A stretch of DNA of 50,210 nt, taken from Patescibacteria group bacterium UBA5187 (GTDB lineage Bacteria > Patescibacteriota > Minisyncoccia > Phycocordibacterales > PALSA-1337). A program made the translations under genes and the position numbers. Each line of letters opens with the position of its first letter. Position 1 is the stretch's first letter. The DNA lies in NCBI GenBank assembly GCA_002413065.1, contig DHWH01000015.1, positions 100,326-150,535 of the forward strand. The letters are read 5' to 3'. Below, one piece after another: positions 17,846 through 27,094 of the stretch. The notes below the pieces were generated by a model. That model had not been told where the DNA came from and did no database searches. It saw only the letters and a program-made list of their open reading frames with translations.

Positions 17846-18979
17846 CTATATTTCCGAGGCATTCAACGCCTCAATTCCCGGTAGCGTTCCTTTTGCCAAG
17901 AAATCAAGCATCGCCCCCCCGCCAGTCGAAATAAAAGTAAATGTGTCCTGAAGATTCCCTTCGGCAATTGCGGCCAGCGTGTCTCCTCCGCCAACAATGG
18001 TTTCTATGCCTTGTGCAGTAGCCTCGCTTATAAGTCGGGCCAATCCCAATGTTGCACTCTTATACCCCTCTTCATACAAGCCTAGCGGCCCATTCCATAG
18101 TATGCAACGCGCTTTGCTAATTTCTGCTTTTAACATTTCAAGAGTTTGAGGGCCGGAATCCAATATCTTATCTATTTTCAAAACTCCGTCAGCCGGTTTC
18201 GCTTCATTATGTTGGTTGAGTACATCGACAGGCAAAAGAACTTTTGAACTGGCGACGAATTCAGCCACAGGAAGGTTCCCTTTTGAAACAAGCGAGGTTC
18301 CTATCTCATATCCTTTTGCTTTATAAAAATCATTGGCCAAAGCTCCGCCGACAAAGATAGTGTCCGCAATATTCATGAATTTCTGAAGCAACGGCAATTT
18401 GGTTTCGAATTTTGCGCCTCCAAGGATGAATAGGAACGGATGAGCCGGATTAAAAACCTTCGACAAGGCGGCGACCTCTTTTTCAAACTGAATGCCCGCA
18501 TAGCTTGGTAAAAATTTCGGGATTCCGACGATGGAAGCATGTTCGCGGTGCGAAACAGAAAAGGCATCATTCACATATATATCCGCAAACGAGGCTAATT
18601 CTTGCGCAAAATGGGTGTCGTTAGCTTTTTCACCTTCGAAGAAGCGAAGATTTTCCAAAAGAACGCAATCGCCATTCTTGATCTGCACCTCAAGTATTTC
18701 ATGAGCTTTTTTAAAATCTTTTACGAACACGACGGGCTCTCCCATCTTTATCAATTCATCCGCAACAGGCTTAAGCGTCTGATTGGAACCGTCAATTGAC
18801 TCGAGGTGACTTATGAGAATAACTTTCGCGCCTTTCGAACGCAGATAATCGATCGTAGGCAATGTGGACTTGATCCGAAACCCATCTTCAATGACACCGT
18901 TTCGCATAGGCACATTGAAATCAGCGCGTACAAGCACCTTTACGCCTTCAAGAACTTCGATATCGGTTAGAGTTTTCAT
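17846..18979 (-). CDS. pgk: phosphoglycerate kinase
   Basis: MKTLTDIEVLEGVKVLVRADFNVP..., SHLESIDG, GGAKFETKL, STGGGAMLDFL. Start set to the ATG at 18977-18979. Confidence 0.95.
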   Translation of the reverse strand: MKTLTDIEVLEGVKVLVRADFNVPMRNGVIEDGFRIKSTLPTIDYLRSKGAKVILISHLESIDGSNQTLKPVADELIKMGEPVVFVKDFKKAHEILEVQIKNGDCVLLENLRFFEGEKANDTHFAQELASFADIYVNDAFSVSHREHASIVGIPKFLPSYAGIQFEKEVAALSKVFNPAHPFLFILGGAKFETKLPLLQKFMNIADTIFVGGALANDFYKAKGYEIGTSLVSKGNLPVAEFVASSKVLLPVDVLNQHNEAKPADGVLKIDKILDSGPQTLEMLKAEISKARCILWNGPLGLYEEGYKSATLGLARLISEATAQGIETIVGGGDTLAAIAEGNLQDTFTFISTGGGAMLDFLAKGTLPGIEALNASEI

Positions 18980-19002
18980 AAAGGGCACTATGCGTATTTA
19001 AA

Positions 19003-19785
19003 TTAATTCACTCCGTCCGCCTTCGCCGTATCTACCACCTTCAATAATTCAACAAATCCAGTGACGTTCACGCTTTCACGCCCGACCAGCAACCCATCGA
19101 CTTGTCCGATGGCAATGATATCAGCCGCATTGCGGAATGTGACAGAACCTCCGTATACCACAGGAACTTTCATGGCAGAAGCCTGACCGAACACATCTCC
19201 GAACACTTTTTTTACGAACAGGGACATCTCATATATCTGTTCCGGACTCATGGCTTCCTTGGCTCCTATGGCCCACACCGGTTCGTATGCTAGGACGATT
19301 TCTCGGGCGTATTTTTCTGAGATATTGGCAAACGTATTCCTGATCTGATCCTTCAAAAATTCAAAGTGAGCGCCACCTTCATTGTCACGCGACTTTTCAC
19401 CCACGCACACCACAGGAGTAAGACCGGCTTCGAGAACAGCGCGTATTCTTCGCGAAATCATTTCGTCCGTATCGCCGGCAGCCCTTTCTTCCGAATGTCC
19501 GACGATAACATGCGTCATTCCGATATTTTTGAGCATTGCGGCACTGATCTGGCCTGTGTGGGATCCGCTTTCTTCAAACGAAGCCGTTTGCGCCCCCAAA
19601 TTGAAATTGGGAGTATTTTTCTTTGAAATAAGTGCCGCCGCAAAAATAGATGGCGGACATATGACCACGTCGGTCTGAACAAGTTGGGCCGCGGCTGTAC
19701 GAGTTTTTCTCGCTATTCGCCTTGCATCTTCCAGCGTAGCCGGATTCATTTTCCAATTTCCTACAATGAGTTTTCTTTGGATCAT
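19003..19785 (-). CDS. tpiA: triosephosphate isomerase
   Basis: LIVGNWKMN, VIVGHSERA, LAYEPVWAIG, YGGSV. Confidence 0.95.
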   Translation of the reverse strand: MIQRKLIVGNWKMNPATLEDARRIARKTRTAAAQLVQTDVVICPPSIFAAALISKKNTPNFNLGAQTASFEESGSHTGQISAAMLKNIGMTHVIVGHSEERAAGDTDEMISRRIRAVLEAGLTPVVCVGEKSRDNEGGAHFEFLKDQIRNTFANISEKYAREIVLAYEPVWAIGAKEAMSPEQIYEMSLFVKKVFGDVFGQASAMKVPVVYGGSVTFRNAADIIAIGQVDGLLVGRESVNVTGFVELLKVVDTAKADGVN

Positions 19786-19861
19786 ACGTAGTATTGTAGC
19801 GCAAAAGGTTATCAGAGAGAACCTGTTGTGAGTAATACTCTATTACTGCTAAAATACACGT

Positions 19862-20335
19862 ATGAAAATATCTCTCCAAACCTCTCGCGCTTTCACTCTT
19901 ATCGAAATCATCACTGTCCTCTCGATTTTTGTCATTCTCTTTACGATAGGAACATACGCATTCATAAATACTGGGAATCGTCAGCGACTTAACACGGCTG
20001 TAGACTCTATAACTTTCAAACTTGAAGAAATGAAAGCGAATGCGATAAGCGGAAAAGGCAATACCAATTTTGGCGTTAAATTCAATGCGAATTCATATGT
20101 ATCATTCAGTGGTGCTTCATTCAGCACTTCCGGTCCAAACAATGTAACCTACCCCGTTAGTGGTAATTTCACTCTTTCCAACACCATTCCGGGACCAGAT
20201 GACGCAATCATATTCGCACGAATAACCGGCACACCGAACACAACAGGGGACATTACGCTAACGGACAGCAAAGACCCTACACATCCCGCAACCATTACCA
20301 TAGGCAGTCTTGGCGACATCAGTGTGGTAAAATAA
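19862..20335 (+). CDS. type IV pilin-like pseudopilin (prepilin N-terminal methylation motif)
   Basis: MKISLQTSRAFTLIEIITVLSIFVILF: class III signal peptide with E+5. Confidence 0.8.
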   Translation: MKISLQTSRAFTLIEIITVLSIFVILFTIGTYAFINTGNRQRLNTAVDSITFKLEEMKANAISGKGNTNFGVKFNANSYVSFSGASFSTSGPNNVTYPVSGNFTLSNTIPGPDDAIIFARITGTPNTTGDITLTDSKDPTHPATITIGSLGDISVVK

Positions 20336-20341
20336 TCACAT

Positions 20342-20827
20342 ATGAGAGCATCTTCGCAATCGCAAGGTTTCAGCGTAATTGAAATCGTAATAGCTTCAGC
20401 TATCATCGTCACAGTCGTCTCGGCTGCGGCAGCCGCATGGCAGGCCTATCTCAAAATTTCCAACACTGCCGCACGCAACACGGAGGCCTCGTTATTCTCC
20501 GTAGAAGCTGCGGAAGCATTGCATATTATGCGGGATCAGAGTTGGTCATCAAAAATAGTACCGCTTGCCCTGAATACTGCGTATCAACTCTATTGGAACG
20601 GCGCGCAATATCAGGCGACGACTTCACAAATCCTGTTGCAAAGCCAGTTTGTCAGAACGATGACACTTTCCTCTATCATGCGCGATGGAAACAGCAATAT
20701 CGTTTCATCCGGAGGTACAGTGGATTCAAATGCCCGAAAGATAAACATTTCCGTATTCCTGGTCGGAGCGACATCGAGCCCAATCATGCAAACTGAGATG
20801 TTACTTCACAATATATATGCCAATTAA
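20342..20827 (+). CDS. type IV pilin-like pseudopilin
   Basis: MRASSQSQG/FSVIEIVIASAIIVTVV. Confidence 0.75.
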   Translation: MRASSQSQGFSVIEIVIASAIIVTVVSAAAAAWQAYLKISNTAARNTEASLFSVEAAEALHIMRDQSWSSKIVPLALNTAYQLYWNGAQYQATTSQILLQSQFVRTMTLSSIMRDGNSNIVSSGGTVDSNARKINISVFLVGATSSPIMQTEMLLHNIYAN

Positions 20828-21332
20828 TAAAAGACAACGAGGGTTCACTCTGGTCGAGACGCTGGTATACGCGGCAGGACTTGTCATTTTGCTGGGAGCA
20901 ATGACAGGATTTCTTTATTATATGTATGACTGGTATCGCACTGTCACTATCGCCCCCCGCAACGATCGTGTAGGCGTAGTTTTGGTCGACCGCATTGCCC
21001 GTGATATCCGGGCCAGTGCGTCCATCAATGTCGCTTCGAGCGTTTTCAGCACGACATCAGGTGCGATTTCAGTGACATCCACCGCAACTCCAGTCGCCAC
21101 CACGACAACCATCACCCTCAGCAATGGACGCATTACATATAAAATAAATAGCGGCTCGGTTCAGTATCTTTCACCGCCTGATGTAACAGTTTCCTCCTTG
21201 TACATGACCCAAATCACTACGGCAATATCCACGGCCGTTAAGATAGATGTAGAACTTTCATATTCGACCCGGGCAGGAATTCAAAAGCGAACATACACGG
21301 GTCTTGCCATTTTGCGACAGTCATATCATTAA
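20817..21332 (+). CDS. type IV pilin-like pseudopilin
   Basis: MPINKRQRG/FTLVETLVYAAGLVILLG. Overlaps the previous gene by 11 nt. Confidence 0.75.
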   Translation: MPINKRQRGFTLVETLVYAAGLVILLGAMTGFLYYMYDWYRTVTIAPRNDRVGVVLVDRIARDIRASASINVASSVFSTTSGAISVTSTATPVATTTTITLSNGRITYKINSGSVQYLSPPDVTVSSLYMTQITTAISTAVKIDVELSYSTRAGIQKRTYTGLAILRQSYH

Positions 21333-21333
21333 C

Positions 21334-22626
21334 ATGATTAGAAAAGTAACTACACAGCGCGGCTATATCATCATCCTTCACACCGTACTTTTTTTGGCTA
21401 TAACAATCGCAGTAGTGATTGGCGTATTGAATCCGATCTTATCAAGTTACAAAGCGGTTCAGGCATTCATGCGCTCCGGACAGGCATTCGTGGCTGCCGA
21501 TAGCGGTATGGAAGAAGCCGTGTATAGAGTTAAAAACGGGTTGCCTATTCCAGCCTCATTCACATTGAATCTGTCGACTGCCAGTACGACGATCACCATA
21601 GTGGATACTGCTACCGGAAAAAAGATTGTCGATGAAGCTTCAACGACTGAGTTCGCAAGGCAGATAGAAGTCAATCTCGTCAAAGGGACGGGAGCGTCAT
21701 TTCATTACGGCATACATGCCGGCAGAGGCGGTTTTTCCATGAAAAATAGTTCCAGCATAACCGGCAACGTATTTTCAGGCGGACCGGTAACAGGAGCTGG
21801 AAACATAATTCGTGGCGACGCCGTTTCTACCGATGCTGCCGGACTCATTTACGGTGTTCATACAACAGGTTCGGCATATGCTCACACTATTGGAAGTAAT
21901 TCCGCCGGCACACTCATCGATGCCAATGCCTACTACACCAACGAAAATGGCACGGTTACTGTGAGCGGAATAAGTTACCCTGGAAGTTCTGACCAAGCGT
22001 ACGTGCCTCCGCCTATTTCAGATGCCCAAATCCATTCATGGGAAAGCATTGCGGCAAACAAAGTAACTGCAACATGCGAAAATGGCAAATACGTCATAGA
22101 CGAAGATAAGGCTATAGGCCCAATGAAGATACCTTGCGACCTTGAAATCACAGGTTCGAGTATTGCCACAATCACGGGACATATTTGGGTTACGGGAAAT
22201 ATTGATATGAAAAACAGCTCTGTCATCGCAATGTCTCCGGATTTAGGGAGCTCGAACGTCGCCATCATTGCGGACAATCCGAATGCCTCGACTACAAGCG
22301 GAATCATAACCATCGGTCAAAGCAGCTCCTTCCAATCATCCGGATCCGTAGGTTCATATGTCTTTATGATTTCCCAAAATGGCAGCACTGAGAATGGCGG
22401 ATCGACCAATGCCATCAATGTCGGACAAAGCGCCTCCGCACTTATCGCTTACGCAATTCACGGACAAATGAGTTTGGGGCAAAGCGTATCCCTCAAAGAG
22501 GTTACCGCTTACAAAATTGCCCTGACCAACTCTGCAAATATAACGTATGACAGCGGTTTGAGCAGCGTTCTCTTCTCTTCCGGACCAAGCGGCGGATATA
22601 ATCTAGCTACGTGGATAGAGTTTTAA
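21334..22626 (+). CDS. putative pilus-associated protein: N-terminal TM helix plus Gly/Ser/Thr-rich, probably beta-helical, extracellular region
   Basis: ATG one nt after the preceding stop. MIRKVTTQRGYIIILHTVLFLAITIAVVIGVL then repeated ITGNVFSGGPVTGAGNIIRGDAVS-type segments. The function is inferred only from position. Confidence 0.5.
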   Translation: MIRKVTTQRGYIIILHTVLFLAITIAVVIGVLNPILSSYKAVQAFMRSGQAFVAADSGMEEAVYRVKNGLPIPASFTLNLSTASTTITIVDTATGKKIVDEASTTEFARQIEVNLVKGTGASFHYGIHAGRGGFSMKNSSSITGNVFSGGPVTGAGNIIRGDAVSTDAAGLIYGVHTTGSAYAHTIGSNSAGTLIDANAYYTNENGTVTVSGISYPGSSDQAYVPPPISDAQIHSWESIAANKVTATCENGKYVIDEDKAIGPMKIPCDLEITGSSIATITGHIWVTGNIDMKNSSVIAMSPDLGSSNVAIIADNPNASTTSGIITIGQSSSFQSSGSVGSYVFMISQNGSTENGGSTNAINVGQSASALIAYAIHGQMSLGQSVSLKEVTAYKIALTNSANITYDSGLSSVLFSSGPSGGYNLATWIEF

Positions 22627-23843
22627 ATAGCATTCACCAACGCATACATAGGCTGAATCATTGAGATTGCGAAGAATCCAACTGCCGCACCGATCACGAT
22701 CATGAGGAACGGCTCGATGATAGTAGACATATCTTTTGTCCGCTGATCGATATCTTCTTCATAATATCGCGCCACCCCGAGAAGCATTTCTCCGGTTTTT
22801 CCTGTTTCCTCACCGACTGAAAGCATTTCTGAAAAGAAAACCGGATACAGCTTGCCATATTCATTGAACACCTTTGACATCGGATCACCTTTTTTGATCG
22901 CGACCGCCGCTTTATCGAGCACTGAACGGAAATGCACATTTTGCACGACATTTTTTGTGATCATGACCGCTTCAACCACATCGACGCCGGCGCCAAGCAA
23001 AGACGAGAGCGTTCTGGAAGTACGGGCGGTATTTACTTCCTGAACAAGAGAGCCGATAACGGGCAAATGCAGGATGAGCATATGAAATAGCTTCTTCCCT
23101 GCTAAGCGGCGTGACCACCACCAGAATGCACCCGCAACAATGATGACACCGAGAGCAACAAATAATCCGTCATGTTGAATAAGGTTGCTTAGATTGAGAA
23201 TGATTTGTGTCGTAAAAGGCAATTGCACTTTGAGTTCCGTGAACGTCTTCAAAAGTGTAGGGATAACGAAGATGAACATTAAAATCGCGATGATGATCAT
23301 GGCCGTGACAATGACAGCCGGATACATGAGAGCCCCTCGGATGCGGCGTTCCAGATTATGGGTGCTGTCCAATTGAACAGCTATGACTTTGAGTGATTCC
23401 GCCAGTGTTCCCGACTGTTCGCCGGCATGAACCATGGAAACAAATATTGATGGAAATACTTTAGGGTGTTTTGTCAAGGCATCCGCGAAGGTTGCGCCGC
23501 GGTTCACGTCATTTTCAAGTTCTATGATAATGGCTTTGAGCGATGCATCGTGTGTCTGGCGTTCGAGGACCGACAAGGCGCGTGAAAGTGCCAAACCGGC
23601 TTCAAGCATCGAACCCAGGTTACGCGCAAAATTGATTCTTTCAATAGGTTTGACGTGCTTGGAAAGCGCAGTGAACGATATGTTCAGGTGCAAACCGCGG
23701 GACGTTTTCTTTTCCTGCAGCGAAACGAGCTCATCACCGCTTTCACGGATCATGCGATAGAGTTCGTAGCGATCTTCCGCATCATGATCCGCGGAATATA
23801 TTTCTCCGGAGGATTTTTTAGCTTTATATGTAAAATGGGACAT
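22623..23843 (-). CDS. pilC: type IV pilus / T2SS platform protein PilC (GspF family)
   Basis: Two T2SSF repeats (FARNLGSMLEAGLALSRAL; FSEMLSVGEETGKTGEML) and 3 TM segments. Confidence 0.9.
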   Translation of the reverse strand: MSHFTYKAKKSSGEIYSADHDAEDRYELYRMIRESGDELVSLQEKKTSRGLHLNISFTALSKHVKPIERINFARNLGSMLEAGLALSRALSVLERQTHDASLKAIIIELENDVNRGATFADALTKHPKVFPSIFVSMVHAGEQSGTLAESLKVIAVQLDSTHNLERRIRGALMYPAVIVTAMIIIAILMFIFVIPTLLKTFTELKVQLPFTTQIILNLSNLIQHDGLFVALGVIIVAGAFWWWSRRLAGKKLFHMLILHLPVIGSLVQEVNTARTSRTLSSLLGAGVDVVEAVMITKNVVQNVHFRSVLDKAAVAIKKGDPMSKVFNEYGKLYPVFFSEMLSVGEETGKTGEMLLGVARYYEEDIDQRTKDMSTIIEPFLMIVIGAAVGFFAISMIQPMYALVNAI

Positions 23844-23902
23844 TTATATAAGTATAAAGTATAACGGTATAAATGTATAAGGCATGAATAACGATATTTT
23901 GC

Positions 23903-25654
23903 CTATTCCGAAACTACCCTCAGCACCTCTTCAACTGTCGTAAGACCCTGAACGCATTTGAATATGCCGTCTTCAAGCATAGTGAGCATTCCCTCTTTCT
24001 TTGCCTGCACCTCCAATTCACCGGATGTCGCATTTTTCATTATAAGATCTTTGATCGTCTGTGACATAACGAGAACTTCATGCAAACCTACGCGTCCTTT
24101 GAAACCATCATTCTCGGTGGTTGCATGCGGCTTCCAGAATGAAACTGCACTCCAGTCATCTCCTGGCTTAACAAGTTTTTCTTCTTTAAGCGCCTCGAGC
24201 ACGCGCTTAAGATCAACTATTTTTTCAAGCTGTGAAAATTCAGCACGAGATAACTTGTATTGCTCTTTATCGTCCGTTAGACGGCGTACGAGGCGCTGTC
24301 CGATAACAATATCCAGTGTTGATACCAATAAAAATGCTTCGACTTTCATATCAAGCAAACGTGGAATAGCTCCTGCGGCGGAATTTGTGTGCAACGTCGA
24401 GAGTACGAGGTGTCCTGTCAAAGAGGCATTCACTGCCAAAGCTGCGGTTTCTCCGTCACGGATTTCTCCCACCATGATGATATCCGGGTCCTGACGAACT
24501 AGGGTGCGTATTCCTTGTGCAAAAGTAAAACCAATTTCCGGCCTCACCTGTGTCTGATTGATGCGGGCCATCTGATATTCGATAGGATCTTCGATTGTAG
24601 AAATATTCACATCAGGTTTGTTCAAAAGATCCAACATTGTATAGAGAGTGGTCGTTTTTCCTGATCCTGTCGGTCCTGTGGTCAATATCATTCCTGTCGA
24701 TTGCTTCAAGGCTTTATGAATACGTTCCAAGCTTGCACCATGGAATGTGAGATACTCGAGAGTAAATCCGGAAACATCTTCTCGCAAAAGACGCATGACG
24801 ATCTTTTCACCATAATACGTTGGCAAAATAGACACACGGAATGAAACTTTTTCATTGTTCAAATCTATTTTGAAACGACCGTCCTGTGGGAGACGTTTTT
24901 CATCCAATTTGAGGTTCGATAATACTTTGATGCGGGCAGATACGGATGGTCCGGCCTGTTTTGGCAAAACCATGGCATCATGCAAAAGACCGTCAATACG
25001 GTAACGTACCAACACTTGTTCTTCCATCGGTTCTATATGTATATCGGAAGCATTTTGCAGAACAGCATGTTTTATAAGCGTATCTACGATGCGAACAACT
25101 GGCAGATCTTCTGCAATTTTCTTCAAATCAGCTTCAGAAGAAGGTCCACCTCCATTTTCTTCCGAAATCATCTTCATCGTCTCTGTTTCTTTCTGAATGA
25201 TGTCGCCAAATTCGGCTTTGAGACTTTTTTGATACTGCACGAGCACGTTTTTCACCGAGTCGGCATCGGTCAAACGAGGCATGATCTTGAGGTTTACTTT
25301 CTTTTTGATGAAATCGATAGCAGAAAGGTCATTCACATCGAGCATGGCAACTTCCAATGTCGTATCGGTCTTCTTGAAAGCGACAATATTGTGGCCACGA
25401 GCAATAGGTTCAGGGATAAGTGAAAGGGTTTCAAAAGGAACCTTTTTGCCTTTGAGGTCCACGAACGGGATACCGATCACATATGCCTGCATGCGGCGTA
25501 GATTGTCACTAGTGGTCTTGCCAGTAGTGACAAGAACATCTCCCAAGCGTTTATTGCTCTTTTCACTTTCAATTTTTGCACCCTCAAGGTCCTCCTTGGA
25601 GACGAGTCCGGAGTCGAGAATGAATTTGTATAACTGAGCGTCTTCGACGAACAT
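23903..25654 (-). CDS. pilB: type IV pilus assembly ATPase PilB (GspE family)
   Basis: Walker A GPTGSGKTTTLY, Asp box, Walker B IIMVGEIRD, His box LVLSTLHTN, N-terminal MshEN/GspE_N-like region. Confidence 0.93.
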   Translation of the reverse strand: MFVEDAQLYKFILDSGLVSKEDLEGAKIESEKSNKRLGDVLVTTGKTTSDNLRRMQAYVIGIPFVDLKGKKVPFETLSLIPEPIARGHNIVAFKKTDTTLEVAMLDVNDLSAIDFIKKKVNLKIMPRLTDADSVKNVLVQYQKSLKAEFGDIIQKETETMKMISEENGGGPSSEADLKKIAEDLPVVRIVDTLIKHAVLQNASDIHIEPMEEQVLVRYRIDGLLHDAMVLPKQAGPSVSARIKVLSNLKLDEKRLPQDGRFKIDLNNEKVSFRVSILPTYYGEKIVMRLLREDVSGFTLEYLTFHGASLERIHKALKQSTGMILTTGPTGSGKTTTLYTMLDLLNKPDVNISTIEDPIEYQMARINQTQVRPEIGFTFAQGIRTLVRQDPDIIMVGEIRDGETAALAVNASLTGHLVLSTLHTNSAAGAIPRLLDMKVEAFLLVSTLDIVIGQRLVRRLTDDKEQYKLSRAEFSQLEKIVDLKRVLEALKEEKLVKPGDDWSAVSFWKPHATTENDGFKGRVGLHEVLVMSQTIKDLIMKNATSGELEVQAKKEGMLTMLEDGIFKCVQGLTTVEEVLRVVSE

Positions 25655-25717
25655 AATTGGTTATATTGTAGCAGATAGACATAGCAATTAGAATCGAGTC
25701 CAGGGCAAATAGGCTAC

Positions 25718-25746
25718 TTGTACTTACCTTAAATATGATGTATACT
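25718..25746 (+). promoter_or_regulatory. sigma70-like promoter for nusA
   Basis: TTGTAC-N17-TATACT. About 115-nt leader containing a 9-bp hairpin (25759-25767/25773-25781) followed by ATTTGTT. Confidence 0.45.
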
Positions 25747-25868
25747 ATTCCCATCTGTAAGTTCGCCCGACCGGCGGACTTATTTGTTAAAAGAATCGTA
25801 TATAGGTTAGGAGAGCCTGGTATAGATAGCAGTAGACAATTTAATAACAGCAAATAACAATTACATAT

Positions 25869-27062
25869 ATGTTTGATCTCAAAGTAATAAACTCAGTCGT
25901 TCAGCAGCTCGAGGAGGAGCGCGGAATTCCACGTGAAAAAACACTGGAAGCTATCGCTATGTCCTTGGCAACTGCGTATAAAAAGGAGTATGGCAAAAAA
26001 GGCCAGATCGTCCGCGCATCATTCGACCAGAACACCGGTTCTGTTGAATTTTGGCAGGTAAAAATCGTAGTTGACCGCAATCAAGTCATCATGGAAGGCG
26101 ATCCAGAACAGGAAGAAGATCTCAAAGACACGAATGTCGACGATATCAAGATCCGTTTCAATCCTGAACAGCACATGCTCATCGAAGATGCCCGCAAGAT
26201 AAAGCGTGACGCCATTATCGGCGATGAATTGGTATTCCCTCTCGAATCCAAGGCTGACTTCGGCCGTATTGCTGCACAAACAGCAAAACAAATCATTATC
26301 CAGAAGATTCGTGAAGCCGAGAAGGTATCCGTCATGAGCGAATACGGTCAAAAAGAAGGCGAAATCGTCGCCGGCATCGTCGAACGTGTCGAACGTGGCA
26401 CTGTATATATAGACATGGGACGTGCAGTCGGTGTCATCCCTTACGAAGAACAGATCCCTAGCGAACGCTGGAAAACCGGTGATCGCATTCGCGCATATCT
26501 CTATGCCGTCGAGGAGTCTCCAAAAGGAATCGTCCTCAAGCTTTCCCGTTCACATCCAAAATTCTTGGCAAAATTGTTCGAGACAGAAGCTCCTGAGATC
26601 GCATCCGGCACCGTCGAGATAAAAGCTATCGCACGCGAAGCCGGTTCACGTTCGAAAGTTGCAGTTATTTCTCACGACGCTCACATTGACCCCATAGGTT
26701 CGATGGTTGGACAGCGCGGCGTTCGTGTTTCTACTGTTACCAGCGAACTTTCCGGCGAGAAGATCGACATCGTCGAATGGAATGAAGATCCTGCCCTCTT
26801 TATTGAAGAGGCTCTTTCACCCGCTGAAGTAGTTTCTCTAGAGTTGGATGGCAAAGAACATCGCGCCATCGTCACCGTTACCGAAGACGAGCAATCACTC
26901 GCTATCGGTAAAGGAGGACAAAATGTACGTCTCGCAGCAAAACTTACCGGTTGGAAAATTGATATCAAATCAGCTGGCAGTGATAAAGATGAAGCCGAGG
27001 ATGAAGAAGAGGGCGAAAAAGGTGAAGGGACAAAAGAAGTTGTGACCGAAGAAAAGAAATAA
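25869..27062 (+). CDS. nusA: transcription termination/antitermination factor NusA
   Basis: N-terminal domain, S1 domain (GEIVAGIVERVERGTVYIDMG) and two KH domains (IGSMVGQRGVRV; AIGKGGQNVRLAAKLTGWKIDI). Acidic C-terminal tail. Confidence 0.95.
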   Translation: MFDLKVINSVVQQLEEERGIPREKTLEAIAMSLATAYKKEYGKKGQIVRASFDQNTGSVEFWQVKIVVDRNQVIMEGDPEQEEDLKDTNVDDIKIRFNPEQHMLIEDARKIKRDAIIGDELVFPLESKADFGRIAAQTAKQIIIQKIREAEKVSVMSEYGQKEGEIVAGIVERVERGTVYIDMGRAVGVIPYEEQIPSERWKTGDRIRAYLYAVEESPKGIVLKLSRSHPKFLAKLFETEAPEIASGTVEIKAIAREAGSRSKVAVISHDAHIDPIGSMVGQRGVRVSTVTSELSGEKIDIVEWNEDPALFIEEALSPAEVVSLELDGKEHRAIVTVTEDEQSLAIGKGGQNVRLAAKLTGWKIDIKSAGSDKDEAEDEEEGEKGEGTKEVVTEEKK

Positions 27063-27094
27063 ATATCATTTACAAATAATAAAATCCACATAAC

